Below, one piece after another: positions 12,657 through 22,959 of a DNA stretch of 64,000 bases. The notes below the pieces were generated by a model. That model was not told the DNA's origin. It searched no databases and saw only the letters and a list, made by a program, of their open reading frames with translations. Origin of the DNA: an uncultured Gammaproteobacteria bacterium (GTDB taxonomy: Bacteria > Pseudomonadota > Gammaproteobacteria > SZUA-229); NCBI GenBank assembly GCA_937998645.1, contig CALLCZ010000037.1, positions 19,287 to 83,286 on the forward strand, read 5' to 3'. Each line of letters starts with the position of its first letter. Positions within the stretch are counted from its first letter, which is position 1. The translations under genes were made by a program, and so were the position numbers.

Positions 12657-15043
12657 CGTTCAAGCTTCTGTGACAGATGCACCCATGTATCGACAACAGT
12701 ATCAGGGTTCAGCGAAATGCTGGTGATGCCCTTGTCGAACAACCACTGCGCAAAATCGGGATAGTCTGACGGCCCCTGGCCGCAGATGCCGACGTACTTG
12801 TTCTGCTTATGGCAGGCGTCGATAGCCATCGACAGCAGTTTTTTCACCGCCGGATTGCGCTCATCGAACAGGTGCGCGATCAGTTCCGAATCACGGTCAA
12901 GACCGAGCGAAAGCTGCGTCATGTCATTCGAGCCTATCGAGAAGCCGTCGAAATATTCGAGAAACTCTTCTGCGAGCAATGCGTTCGATGGAATCTCGCA
13001 CATCATGATCACGCGCAGGCCGTTTTCTCCGCGCTTGAGTCCGTTCGATTCCAGCAGGTCGATCACCTGCTGCGCCTCCTCCAGTGTGCGGCAGAAGGGC
13101 ACCATGATTTCGACGTTGGTCAGACCCATGTCATTCCGCACTCGCTTCAACGCCCTGCACTCGAGCTCGAAGCAGTCACGAAACTCGTCCGACAGGTATC
13201 GCGATGTACCTCGCAGGCCTATCATTGGATTTTCCTCTACCGGCTCGTACTGCCGGCCTCCAACCAGATTGGCATATTCATTCGACTTGAAATCGGAAAG
13301 GCGAACGATGACCGGGTTGGGCATGAAAGCCGCGCCCAGCATCGCGATGCCCTCGACCAGTTTTTCAACATAGAAGCTGACCGGGTCGTCATAGCCGGCC
13401 ATGTGCCGGTCGATGAGCCGCCTGAGGTCATCCGCCTGATGACCGTATTCAAGCAAAGCCTTGGGGTGAACACCGATGGTGTTGTTGATCACGAATTCCA
13501 GCCGCGCAAGCCCGACACCCGAGTTGGGTATTCTGGAAAAAGCAAAGGCGCGCGTCGGGTTGCCGACGTTCATCATGATCTTGGTCGGCAGCGGTGACAT
13601 GTTGCCGGTGTCGGTGCGGATAATCTCGAATTCGAGAATGCCGTGGTAGACATTGCCCGTATCACCTTCGGCGCAGGATACGGTAACCTCTTCCCCGTCC
13701 CTGAGCCGATCGGTTGCATCGCCACAGCCCACGATGGCTGGAATACCGAGTTCCCGTGCAATAATTGCCGCGTGGCAGGTTCGGCCACCCCGGTTGGTAA
13801 CGATTGCGGCCGCACGTTTCATGATCGGCTCCCAGTCCGGGTCGGTCATGTCCGTGACCAGGACATCGCCTGCCGCTACCCGGGACATCTCCGAGGGATC
13901 CATGATCAGGCGCACGGCACCCGCGCCGATTCGCTGACCGATCGCGCGGCCCTGCGCCAGCAAAGAGCCCTTCTGTTTGAGTTCATAACGCTCCATTACC
14001 GTATCGCTGGCCCGGCTCTCCACGGTCTCAGGGCGCGCCTGCACAATGTATAAGCCACCATCGACACCGTCGAGCGCCCATTCGATATCCATCGGACGAC
14101 CGTAATGTTTTTCAATGGTCAGGGCCTGGCGCGCCAGTTCCTCGACTTGCCTGTCTGAAATACAGAATTTTCTCTGCTCTTCGCTGGGCACCTCGACTGT
14201 TTGCACCGTCCTGCCGTGATCCGTGCTGTCGGTGTAGATCATCTTGATCAGCTTACTGCCGAGTCCGCGTTTCAGTATCGCGGGGCGGTCGGCTGCCAGC
14301 GCCGGTTTGTACACGTAAAACTCGTCCGGGTTGACCGCGCCCTGCACCACGGTTTCGCCCAGTCCATAGGCACCGGTGATAAACACGGCATCACGGTAGC
14401 CCGATTCGGTGTCGAGTGTGAACATCACGCCACTGGCACCGACATCACTGCGCACCATGCGCTGCACACCGGCGGAAAGCGCTACTTTCTCATGATCGAA
14501 ATCCTGGTGAACGCGGTAGGCTATCGCACGGTCATTGTACAGGGACGCGAAAACATGCTTGATCGCGACGATAACATTGTCCAGTCCACTGACGTTCAGG
14601 TAGGTCTCCTGCTGACCGGCAAAGGAGGCATCGGGAAGATCTTCAGCGGTCGCCGAGGAGCGCACGGCCACCGCAATATCGCTGCCGCCTTCCTCCGCCA
14701 TGCGTTTCCAGGATTCCGTTATTGCCTGGAGCAGATTTTCGGGAAGCGGCGTATCGATCACCCAGGCGCGAATTTCAGCACCGGCTTCGGCCAGTGCGAC
14801 GATATCTTCAATATCGAGATCGGCAAGTTTCGCATTGATCCGTTCGGCAAGACCTTCCTGCATGAGGAAACGCCGGTACGCTTCCGCGGTCGTGGCGAAT
14901 CCGCCAGGAACACTGACACCCAGCGACGAGAGGTTGCTTATCATCTCTCCGAGTGAGGCGTTCTTGCCACCGACGCGTTCAACATCATTCATGCCAAGCT
15001 TGTCAAGCCAGATAACCTGATCGTTCATGGTGACACCTGCCAT
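12650..15043 (-). CDS. ppsA: phosphoenolpyruvate synthase PpsA
   Basis: 797-aa ORF with pyruvate-phosphate-dikinase-type PEP-utilising domains and conserved catalytic His/Cys regions; same strand as ppsR. Confidence 0.95.
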   Translation of the reverse strand: MAGVTMNDQVIWLDKLGMNDVERVGGKNASLGEMISNLSSLGVSVPGGFATTAEAYRRFLMQEGLAERINAKLADLDIEDIVALAEAGAEIRAWVIDTPLPENLLQAITESWKRMAEEGGSDIAVAVRSSATAEDLPDASFAGQQETYLNVSGLDNVIVAIKHVFASLYNDRAIAYRVHQDFDHEKVALSAGVQRMVRSDVGASGVMFTLDTESGYRDAVFITGAYGLGETVVQGAVNPDEFYVYKPALAADRPAILKRGLGSKLIKMIYTDSTDHGRTVQTVEVPSEEQRKFCISDRQVEELARQALTIEKHYGRPMDIEWALDGVDGGLYIVQARPETVESRASDTVMERYELKQKGSLLAQGRAIGQRIGAGAVRLIMDPSEMSRVAAGDVLVTDMTDPDWEPIMKRAAAIVTNRGGRTCHAAIIARELGIPAIVGCGDATDRLRDGEEVTVSCAEGDTGNVYHGILEFEIIRTDTGNMSPLPTKIMMNVGNPTRAFAFSRIPNSGVGLARLEFVINNTIGVHPKALLEYGHQADDLRRLIDRHMAGYDDPVSFYVEKLVEGIAMLGAAFMPNPVIVRLSDFKSNEYANLVGGRQYEPVEENPMIGLRGTSRYLSDEFRDCFELECRALKRVRNDMGLTNVEIMVPFCRTLEEAQQVIDLLESNGLKRGENGLRVIMMCEIPSNALLAEEFLEYFDGFSIGSNDMTQLSLGLDRDSELIAHLFDERNPAVKKLLSMAIDACHKQNKYVGICGQGPSDYPDFAQWLFDKGITSISLNPDTVVDTWVHLSQKLERG

Positions 15044-15608
15044 TGTGTGCTACCGCACTTAAGATTTGAATTAGGACAATATACCTCAAACAATTCCCGA
15101 CTTGCCAGACGGCCGCACCGTATTGCTGCCGATCTGCCGGAGAGCATCAGGATTGCAAGAATGATATCAGTTGTTTATTCAGCATTATCTATGATTTGTC
15201 GGTAATTTCACGTGATTTAGTCACGGAGAACCCGTGCAGCCTGCATCGCTTATGGCAACAGCGAACACCGTGGACCACACACGGACGAAAGAGGTGCGAA
15301 TCGCGGGCCGCGCCGCTGAACGTAACAACCGGCGCAGCGGCGCGATCAAACCCTGACTGGCATCATAATCTGTACGAATTGACCCGATTGGAATGATTCG
15401 GGTGCTGAACCATGCTATATCCATAATGAAAATAAGGGAAACTTTTTGTAATCAGGTGAAAAGCGATGACCTGCAACGAAGCTTAAGGCTTGTGCTTCGA
15501 CCAATTATCTATCGCCAGAAATGCTGGGGCTGTGATATGTTGTTTTATGAGCGTATTGTGGTTTCTGTTTAAACGCGGGTCATTCATGTAACACGCATAC
15601 TGAATTCC

Positions 15609-16478
15609 ATGTCACCAATGTTAAATATTGTTGTTGCGGTCGGGTTTATGGCCGGCTTGGGATTGATACTGGCGACCGTCCTGGTGATCGCCAACAGGCG
15701 GCTGTTCGTTTACGAAGATCCCAAAATCGACGAGGTGGAAGATCTGCTGCCGCACTCCAATTGCGGCGCCTGCGGAACTGCGGGCTGTCGGGTATTCGCC
15801 GAAAAGCTGGTCGTCGGCGAACTGCAGCCCGGTGCGTGCACGGTCAACAGCGCCGAGATGAACCAGATCATCGCCAACTATCTCGGTGTCGAACTCGGTT
15901 CCCAGGAAGCGCAGGTGGCGCGGCTGGCATGCGCCGGTGGCAGCAATGTGGCCCAGAGGTACGGTGACTACCGGGGTGTCGAAAGCTGCCGCGCTGCGGC
16001 ACTCGTCGCCGGCGGCGGCAAAGGCTGCGCCTGGGGCTGTCTCGGTCTGGCCGACTGTGAACGCGTCTGTGATTTCGATGCGATCATCATGGACCGGCAC
16101 GATTTACCACAGGTTATCGATGATCTGTGTACGGCCTGCGGTGACTGTGTCGATATCTGTCCGCGCGATCTGTTTTCGTTACAGCCCGCCAGCCACCGTC
16201 TCTGGGTCGCCTGCAAGAATCTCGAAAAAGGTGATCTGGCTGAAGCTGAATGTGTTGTCGCCTGTAACGGCTGCGGTCGCTGCGCAGCCGATGCGCCTGG
16301 CGAGCTGGTCACCATGGTCAACAACCTGGCCGTGATCGATTACAGCCAGAACACCCACGCCTCGCGCGTCGCGATCGAGCGCTGTCCCACCGGCGCCATC
16401 GTATGGCTGGAAGGTGGGGTGCACAAGGGCCAGGAGGCGGTCAAGATTGTCAGAAAGGAGGCGCTCCCCCTGAAATGA
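15609..16478 (+). CDS. rnfB: Rnf electron-transport complex subunit B (extended polyferredoxin form)
   Basis: N-terminal membrane anchor, LPHSNCGACGTAGCRVFAEK cluster, then several CxxCxxCxxxCP ferredoxin motifs. Confidence 0.85.
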   Translation: MSPMLNIVVAVGFMAGLGLILATVLVIANRRLFVYEDPKIDEVEDLLPHSNCGACGTAGCRVFAEKLVVGELQPGACTVNSAEMNQIIANYLGVELGSQEAQVARLACAGGSNVAQRYGDYRGVESCRAAALVAGGGKGCAWGCLGLADCERVCDFDAIIMDRHDLPQVIDDLCTACGDCVDICPRDLFSLQPASHRLWVACKNLEKGDLAEAECVVACNGCGRCAADAPGELVTMVNNLAVIDYSQNTHASRVAIERCPTGAIVWLEGGVHKGQEAVKIVRKEALPLK

Positions 16479-16553
16479 TGAATATCCGCAAATTTCCTGA
16501 ATTAAAACCATTTCTGATTATATTTGTATGAAGACGGTGACTAAGGCACAATT

Positions 16554-16570
16554 ATTGCACTGCAGCATTG
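16554..16570 (+). promoter_or_regulatory. PhaR-operator-like 14-mer (reverse complement AATGCTGCAGTGCA) 40 bp upstream of the PFOR gene
   Basis: Identical to box 1 of the phaP promoter at 32552-32565. Confidence 0.4.
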
Positions 16571-16608
16571 GCTATACTTAAACTGAATCTGGCATCGGGG
16601 CCGCAATT

Positions 16609-19600
16609 ATGGCAGACAAAAAGCAATCCAAGACATTCAAGTATCCCGGTATCCGCATGGCGATGGATGGCAACAGTGCCGTCATCATGTGCGAGCGCGA
16701 ATCTTCCGATGCGGCCGGTGCCTACCCGATTACACCGTCGACGCAGATGGGCGAGTACTGGGCGGAAGAGGCTGCTAAAGGGCACATCAATACAGCCGGA
16801 CGCCCGCTGATTTTCGTCGAGCCCGAAGGCGAGCACGCTGCCGCTGCGGTCACGGCCGGCATGTCGATGACCGGTCTGCGCGCGAGCAATTTCTCGTCTG
16901 CACAGGGGGTCGCCTACATGCACGAGTCCCTGTACGCAGCTGTCGGCAAGCGCCTGCCATATGTGCTGAATATCGGCTGTCGCGCGATTACCAAGGCTTC
17001 GTTGAACGTGCATTGCGGCCACGACGATTATCACTGCATCGACGATACCGGCTTCCTGCAAGTGATGGCTAAAAATGCCCAGGAAGCCGCAGACCTGAAC
17101 CTGATCGGGCGGCGCATAGCCGAACTGTCATTGACGCCGGCAGCCGTCGCCCAGGATGGCTTCCTCACCACCCACCTGATCGAGCCATTGAACGTACCGG
17201 AACGGGAGCTGATTGCAAAATATCTCGGACATCCGGAAGACATCATCGAATGCCCGACACCGGCACAGCGAATGCTCTATGGAGAAACGCGTCGGCGCGT
17301 GCCCGAACTCTGGGACGTCGATAACCCGGTCCTGGCCGGCCCGGTGCAGAACCAGGACGCCTACATGCAGTCGGTGGTAGCGCAACGCCCGTATTTCTTT
17401 GACCATATCAGGGAACTCTCCGAACAGGCCATGGATGAGTTCTACGAGCTGACCGGCAGGCGCTACCATCGGGTATCCGCATACCGCGCAGAGGATGCTG
17501 ATTACATCATACTCGGCCAGGGCAGCATGATCGTGCAGGCCGAGGCCGTCGCCGATTACCTGCGCGACAAACGCAAGCTCAAGGTCGGTGTGGTCAACAT
17601 GACCATGTACCGTCCGTTCCCGGGTGATCTGCTCGGCAAGCTGCTCAAGGGCAGGAAAGGTGTTGCGGTACTCGAGCGCACCGATCAACCGCTGGCCGAA
17701 GACCTGCCGCTGATCCGTGAAGTCCGCACGGCGCTGAGCAAGTGTATAGAGAACGCCAATGTCAGCAACGGTGAAATACCGTATCCGGATTACGATCGCT
17801 ATGGCAAGGGTGATATGCCGCGGCTGTATTCAGCCTGCTATGGTCTTGGCAGCCGCGACCTGCAGCCGGAGGCGCTGGTCGCCGCGGTCGAAAACATGCT
17901 GCCCGATGGAGCACACAAGCCGTTCTACTACCTGTCGGTGGATTTCATCCACGAGCAGGCGGCCAACCCGACCCAGGAAATACACCAGCAGAACCTGCTG
18001 CATATCTATCCCCATTTGAAAGACCTGGCGCTGCGCGGCAGCGAGAACCCGGATCTGCGGCCCGAGGGCTCGACCACGGTGCGCATCCACTCGGTAGGCG
18101 GCTGGGGTGCGATCACCACGGGTAAAAACCTGGCGATGACCCTGTTCGACCTGCTCGATTTCGACATCAAGGCCAATCCCAAGTACGGCTCGGAGAAGAA
18201 GGGACAGCCGACGACATACTATTTATCCGCGGCACCGGAACCGATACGGCTGAACTGCGAGTACCATTATGTCGACGTGGTCATGTCGCCGGACCCGCAT
18301 GTTTTCAGCCACTCCAATCCACTGGGCGGCCTCACCAAGGGTGGTTCCTTCATTATCCAGAGCGAGACCAGCGACGCCGCAGCACTGTGGGAGAGCTTCC
18401 CCGAATACGCCCGGCGCTACATTGTCGACAACGATATCCACGTTTACTACCTCGACGGGTTCAAGATCGCACGCGAGGAGGCCACCAACCCGGAACTGCA
18501 GTTCCGCATGCAGGGTAACGCCTTCCAGGGCGCCTTTTTCGCAGCATCACCGCTAATGGAACGCGCCAACCTGAACGAGGAAGGCCTGTTCAATGCAATC
18601 GACCGACAGCTACGCAGTAAATTCGGCGACAAGGGCGAACGCATCGTGCAGGATAACCTGCGCGTCGTGCGCCGCGGTTACGATGAGATTCATGAAATCA
18701 CCGACAAGTCACTCGAAAGCAAGGCCGCTGCACCTGTGGTCAAGCGCGTCGATCTGCCAGTAATGTTGAAACAGCTGCCGGAAGCCGACGGCGGCATCTC
18801 CGATGTTCACCGTTTCTGGGAACAGACCGGCAGCTTCTATGCCTCGGGGCAGGGCGAGGAAAACCTGGCTGACCCGTATATCTCGCTCAGCCTGATGCCG
18901 GCCTCCACCAGCGTTTTCAGGGACATGACCTCGATTCGATTCGATTACCCGGAGTTTATACCGCAGAACTGCACCGCTTGCGGCGACTGCTACTCGGTAT
19001 GCCCGGACAGCGCAATACCCGGCCTGGTCAACGATATCAGCGACGTGTTCGCAACCGCGATCAACAGCATCGAAACCGGTGGCCAGCCGACGCTGTACCT
19101 GCGACGCTCGGTGCGCGATGTCGAAAAGAAACTGCGCACCATGATCGATTCGGCCGGCGAGTCAGCCCAGATCAGCAAGCTGCTGAACCAGGCCGTACAG
19201 TCGACGCTGGCGGAATCAGACCTGGATGAAAACAACCGCCAGCAGATGGAACAGGAATTCGGCTGGTTCATGGATACCGTCGGTGAATTCAACTTCGCCA
19301 TCACCAAACCCTATTACCTGACGCGCGAAAAGAAGAACAAGAACAGCGGCGGCCTGTTCTCGGTCACCATCAACCCGTATACCTGCAAGGGCTGCATGGA
19401 ATGCGTTGAAGTCTGTGAAGACGATGCGCTGGTGGCCAGGCCGCAAACCGGTGAGGCTGTCGACAAGCTGCGCAAGGACTGGGATTTCTGGCTGAAACTG
19501 CCGACGACCAAGCCGGATTATATTCGCATCAGCGACCTCGATGAAAAAATCGGCGCGCTGGAAACACTGCTGCTGGACAAGAACAATTTCGAAGCAATGT

Positions 19601-21549
19601 CCTGCGGCGACGGCGCCTGTGTCGGCTGCGGTGAAAAATCGGTGATCCGCCTGTTCACCAGCACCGTTACCGCATTGATGCAGCCGAGGGTAAAAGCCCA
19701 GATCGCGAAGCTGGACAGCCTGATCGAGCAGCTGGACACGCATATCCACCTGAAGCTGGCAGAGTCGATCCACCTCGATGATCATAGCGCTATCAGCCAG
19801 GTGATCGCCGAGCACCGCGATACCGATCTTGACCTTGCCGACCTGTTTTCATCATTGAACAAGAACAATGGTGTGGAGCCTATCGATACCGAGTGGCTGC
19901 ACCGCAACACCATGCTGCTGAAACAGCTGCGCCGCCTCAAGTGGAAGTATGAAGAGGGCCAGACAGGCCGCGGACGTGCTGCAATGGGCATTCTCAACTC
20001 GACCGGTTGTACCTCGGTCTGGGGCTCGACCTGGCCGTTCAACCCGTACCCGTTCCCGTGGGCCAACCACCTGTTCCAGGATTCGCCATCGCTGGCACTG
20101 GGCGCTTTCCAGGGCCATATGGTGAAAATGGCCGAAGGCTTCAAGGCGATACGCATGGCCGAGCTGGAGCTGAACAGTGGCGGTTACAACGAAACCGAAC
20201 ACGGTGAATTCTTTCGCTATTTCGACTGGACCCGTTTCAGCGATGAAGAATGGCTGCTGTGCCCACCGGTGGTCGCGATCGGCGGCGACGGCGCCATGTA
20301 CGATATCGGCTTCCAGAACCTGTCGCGGGCTTTGATGTCGGAGATGCCGGTCAAGGTCATGGTGCTCGATACCCAGGTCTACTCCAACACCGGCGGCCAG
20401 GCCTGTACCTCGGGCTTTACCGGCCAGGTGTCGGACATGGCCGGCTATGGCAAGGCCTGGCAGGGCAAATCGGAAATTCGCAAGGAAATCTCGCTTATCG
20501 GCATGGCGCACCGCAATGCCTACGTGCTGCAGGGCTCCACTGCCAATATCACCCATATGCTGGAAGGCTTCATCGATGGCCTCAACAGCCGCCGTCCGAC
20601 GCTGTTCAACTGCTATGCCCCCTGTCAGCCGGAACACGGTATTCCCGATGATGCCAGCATGGCACAGAGCAAGCTTGCGCTGGAATCGCGCGCCTACCCG
20701 CTGTTCAAGTACGATCCGGACGCCGGCATCACTTTCGATGAATGCTGCAGCCTGGAAGGCAACCCGGCGATGGACGAGGACTGGCCGGTCTATCCGCTGA
20801 AGTACCAGGATGAAATCGGTACCGAACAGGTCATGGAACTGCCGATGACCTTTGCCGACTTCGCAGTCACCGAGGCCCGCTTCCGCAAGCATTTCAAGCA
20901 GGCGCCGCGGGGCAGCTGGAACGAAAACATGGTGCCGCTGCACGAGTTTGTCGACATGACTGAAGATGAGCGTGACGGTCGTTATCCCTACATCTGGGGC
21001 ACCGATTCGAAGAACCGTCTGACCCGGGTGATGGTATCGGAAACCCTGGTGCGCACTACCGTGGACCGGCGCGATTTCTGGCGCCAGCTGAAGTCGCTGG
21101 TGCCGATCGAGAAAGTGTTCGACATGGACCAGATCACGCAGCAGGCACGCAGCGATGTCGCCCAGCAGTTCACCGCAAAGCTATTGTCGATGATCCTGAA
21201 CCAGGAGGGCGCTGCACCGCTCGATATCGAGATGCCGCCCCCGGCTGCAGCCGCCGCCGACAGCGCACCGGCAGCGGCAGGCAGTGCCGGCAACGCGGAT
21301 TTCGAACCGGTGTGGATCGATACCCCGGAGTGTGACGGCTGCGAAGAGTGCATCCTGATCAATCCGAAGATCTTCCAGTTCAACGATGACAAGCAGGCGG
21401 TTGTTGTGGATCCGAAAGGTGGGCCGTTTATCGACATCGTGCGCTCAGCGGAGAAGTGCACTGTCAGCTGCATTCACCCGGGTACGCCGTCGAATGCCGA
21501 TGAAAAAGACCTCGATAAACTGATAAAAAGGGCCGAGCCTTTCCAGTAA
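16609..21549 (+). CDS. pyruvate:ferredoxin (flavodoxin) oxidoreductase, NifJ/YdbK type, unusually long (1646 aa) with an insertion in the ferredoxin domain and an extra C-terminal ferredoxin-like domain
   Basis: AYPITPST (domain I), GDGAMYDIGFQNL (TPP), CTACGDCYSVCPD and CKGCMECVEVCED (two 4Fe-4S motifs about 130 aa apart), C-terminal CDGCEECILINP...CTVSCIHP. Confidence 0.9.
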   Translation: MADKKQSKTFKYPGIRMAMDGNSAVIMCERESSDAAGAYPITPSTQMGEYWAEEAAKGHINTAGRPLIFVEPEGEHAAAAVTAGMSMTGLRASNFSSAQGVAYMHESLYAAVGKRLPYVLNIGCRAITKASLNVHCGHDDYHCIDDTGFLQVMAKNAQEAADLNLIGRRIAELSLTPAAVAQDGFLTTHLIEPLNVPERELIAKYLGHPEDIIECPTPAQRMLYGETRRRVPELWDVDNPVLAGPVQNQDAYMQSVVAQRPYFFDHIRELSEQAMDEFYELTGRRYHRVSAYRAEDADYIILGQGSMIVQAEAVADYLRDKRKLKVGVVNMTMYRPFPGDLLGKLLKGRKGVAVLERTDQPLAEDLPLIREVRTALSKCIENANVSNGEIPYPDYDRYGKGDMPRLYSACYGLGSRDLQPEALVAAVENMLPDGAHKPFYYLSVDFIHEQAANPTQEIHQQNLLHIYPHLKDLALRGSENPDLRPEGSTTVRIHSVGGWGAITTGKNLAMTLFDLLDFDIKANPKYGSEKKGQPTTYYLSAAPEPIRLNCEYHYVDVVMSPDPHVFSHSNPLGGLTKGGSFIIQSETSDAAALWESFPEYARRYIVDNDIHVYYLDGFKIAREEATNPELQFRMQGNAFQGAFFAASPLMERANLNEEGLFNAIDRQLRSKFGDKGERIVQDNLRVVRRGYDEIHEITDKSLESKAAAPVVKRVDLPVMLKQLPEADGGISDVHRFWEQTGSFYASGQGEENLADPYISLSLMPASTSVFRDMTSIRFDYPEFIPQNCTACGDCYSVCPDSAIPGLVNDISDVFATAINSIETGGQPTLYLRRSVRDVEKKLRTMIDSAGESAQISKLLNQAVQSTLAESDLDENNRQQMEQEFGWFMDTVGEFNFAITKPYYLTREKKNKNSGGLFSVTINPYTCKGCMECVEVCEDDALVARPQTGEAVDKLRKDWDFWLKLPTTKPDYIRISDLDEKIGALETLLLDKNNFEAMSCGDGACVGCGEKSVIRLFTSTVTALMQPRVKAQIAKLDSLIEQLDTHIHLKLAESIHLDDHSAISQVIAEHRDTDLDLADLFSSLNKNNGVEPIDTEWLHRNTMLLKQLRRLKWKYEEGQTGRGRAAMGILNSTGCTSVWGSTWPFNPYPFPWANHLFQDSPSLALGAFQGHMVKMAEGFKAIRMAELELNSGGYNETEHGEFFRYFDWTRFSDEEWLLCPPVVAIGGDGAMYDIGFQNLSRALMSEMPVKVMVLDTQVYSNTGGQACTSGFTGQVSDMAGYGKAWQGKSEIRKEISLIGMAHRNAYVLQGSTANITHMLEGFIDGLNSRRPTLFNCYAPCQPEHGIPDDASMAQSKLALESRAYPLFKYDPDAGITFDECCSLEGNPAMDEDWPVYPLKYQDEIGTEQVMELPMTFADFAVTEARFRKHFKQAPRGSWNENMVPLHEFVDMTEDERDGRYPYIWGTDSKNRLTRVMVSETLVRTTVDRRDFWRQLKSLVPIEKVFDMDQITQQARSDVAQQFTAKLLSMILNQEGAAPLDIEMPPPAAAAADSAPAAAGSAGNADFEPVWIDTPECDGCEECILINPKIFQFNDDKQAVVVDPKGGPFIDIVRSAEKCTVSCIHPGTPSNADEKDLDKLIKRAEPFQ

Positions 21550-21573
21550 ACAGCGCAGGCGATAAACATCACT

Positions 21574-22914
21574 ATGCTCAACGCTTTGTTTTCCAGCCGG
21601 TCCTTCAAGCACGGCGTCCATCCGCCGGATTTCAAGGCATTGACCAGCGGCCTGCCTATACGCCGACTGCCGTTTGCTGACAAACTGATCGTGCCGCTGT
21701 CACAGCACACCGGCAAGCCATCCATCCCGCTGGTGAAGCCGGGGCAGGAAGTCGTTCGCGGCGAGCCTATCGCGGAAGCCGACGGTTTCTTCTCGGTACC
21801 GCAGCACGCACCGGCCACCGGCCGCATCGAAAACATCCGCCTGATGCCCAGCGCGCGCGGCCCCAAAATTGAGAGCATCATTCTCCAGGTCTACGGCGGA
21901 TCCACCCAGCAGGAAATGTACGAGTATCGCCACGATGTCGATGCCATGAACACGGATGAAATCATTCAGGCTGTGCAGAATAGCGGCATGGTCGGCCTGG
22001 GCGGCGCCGCGTTCCCGACCCACGTTAAAATGAAACCGCCACCCGAACACAGGGTCGACACCCTGGTCGCCAATGGCTGTGAATGCGAGCCCTACCTGAC
22101 CTGCGATCACCGCATCATGCTGGAACAACCGGACAGGCTGATCAAGGGTATTCGCCTGTTCATGCGGGCCCTGGGTGTCGAGCGTGCAGTGATCGGTGTC
22201 GAGGACAACAAGATGGACGCGGTGCGGGTGATACAAAAGCACCTCGAACCAAACGACACCATCAGCGTCATGGACGTGCCCACCAAGTACCCGCAGGGTG
22301 CAGAGAAGATGCTGATACAGTCCGTGCTCGGGCGCAGGGTGCCGCCGGGGCAACTGCCGTCGTCGGTCGGTGTCGGTGTTTTCAATGTCGGCACTCTGGC
22401 GCAGAGCGGCGAACTGCTGCCACTCGGCCGCGGCGTCATCGAACGCGTGGTCACCGTCAGCGGACCCGGTGTTGAACGGCCGGGAAACTACCTGGTCCCG
22501 GTCGGTACGCCGGTCCGGTTCCTGCTGGAGCACGCCGGTACCACAGCCGATGCGAAGGAGGTGATTCTCGGCGGTCCTATGATGGGCATGACGGTGTCTG
22601 CGCTGGACGTGCCGGTGACCAAGGCGATGTCCGGCATGGTCGTGTTCGAACACGACCAGGAGAACCATCAGGGGCCCGAGCTGCCCTGTATCCGTTGCGG
22701 TTATTGCCTGAGCGCCTGCCCGATGCAGCTGAATCCCTCGATGCTGGGCATGCTGGCCACGAGTTCCGACTACGAGACCATGGCCAGCGATTACCACCTC
22801 AACGACTGCTTTGAATGTGGCAGCTGTACCTATGTCTGCCCGTCGAACATTCCGCTGGTGCAGTATTTCCGTATTGCGAAGTCCGTCAACCGCGACATGG
22901 CGGCAAAGGCATGA
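21574..22914 (+). CDS. rnfC: Rnf complex subunit C
   Basis: NuoF-like GLGGAAFPT motif and C-terminal CIRCGYCLSACP / CFECGSCTYVCP clusters. Confidence 0.9.
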   Translation: MLNALFSSRSFKHGVHPPDFKALTSGLPIRRLPFADKLIVPLSQHTGKPSIPLVKPGQEVVRGEPIAEADGFFSVPQHAPATGRIENIRLMPSARGPKIESIILQVYGGSTQQEMYEYRHDVDAMNTDEIIQAVQNSGMVGLGGAAFPTHVKMKPPPEHRVDTLVANGCECEPYLTCDHRIMLEQPDRLIKGIRLFMRALGVERAVIGVEDNKMDAVRVIQKHLEPNDTISVMDVPTKYPQGAEKMLIQSVLGRRVPPGQLPSSVGVGVFNVGTLAQSGELLPLGRGVIERVVTVSGPGVERPGNYLVPVGTPVRFLLEHAGTTADAKEVILGGPMMGMTVSALDVPVTKAMSGMVVFEHDQENHQGPELPCIRCGYCLSACPMQLNPSMLGMLATSSDYETMASDYHLNDCFECGSCTYVCPSNIPLVQYFRIAKSVNRDMAAKA

Positions 22915-22959
22915 TGTACTTTCGCGCAGGCATGCAAACCGGAACAGCCGGGCCCCTCG

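Noticed and set aside
12809-14956. + strand ORFs 12809-13597 and 14201-14956 inside ppsA
   Set aside because: Antisense to ppsA.
15196-15424. ORFs 15196-15396 (+) and 15221-15424 (-) in the ppsA/rnfB intergenic region
   Set aside because: They overlap each other, have no RBS or motif, and coincide with a GC-rich hairpin-forming segment. More likely RNA structure than protein.
19852-20943. 363-aa minus-strand ORF inside the PFOR gene
   Set aside because: Entirely antisense to a gene with unambiguous PFOR motifs. Composition is Arg/Ala/Gly-rich with no motif.
21700-22797. 365-aa minus-strand ORF inside rnfC
   Set aside because: Antisense to rnfC; no motifs. A GC-bias artefact.
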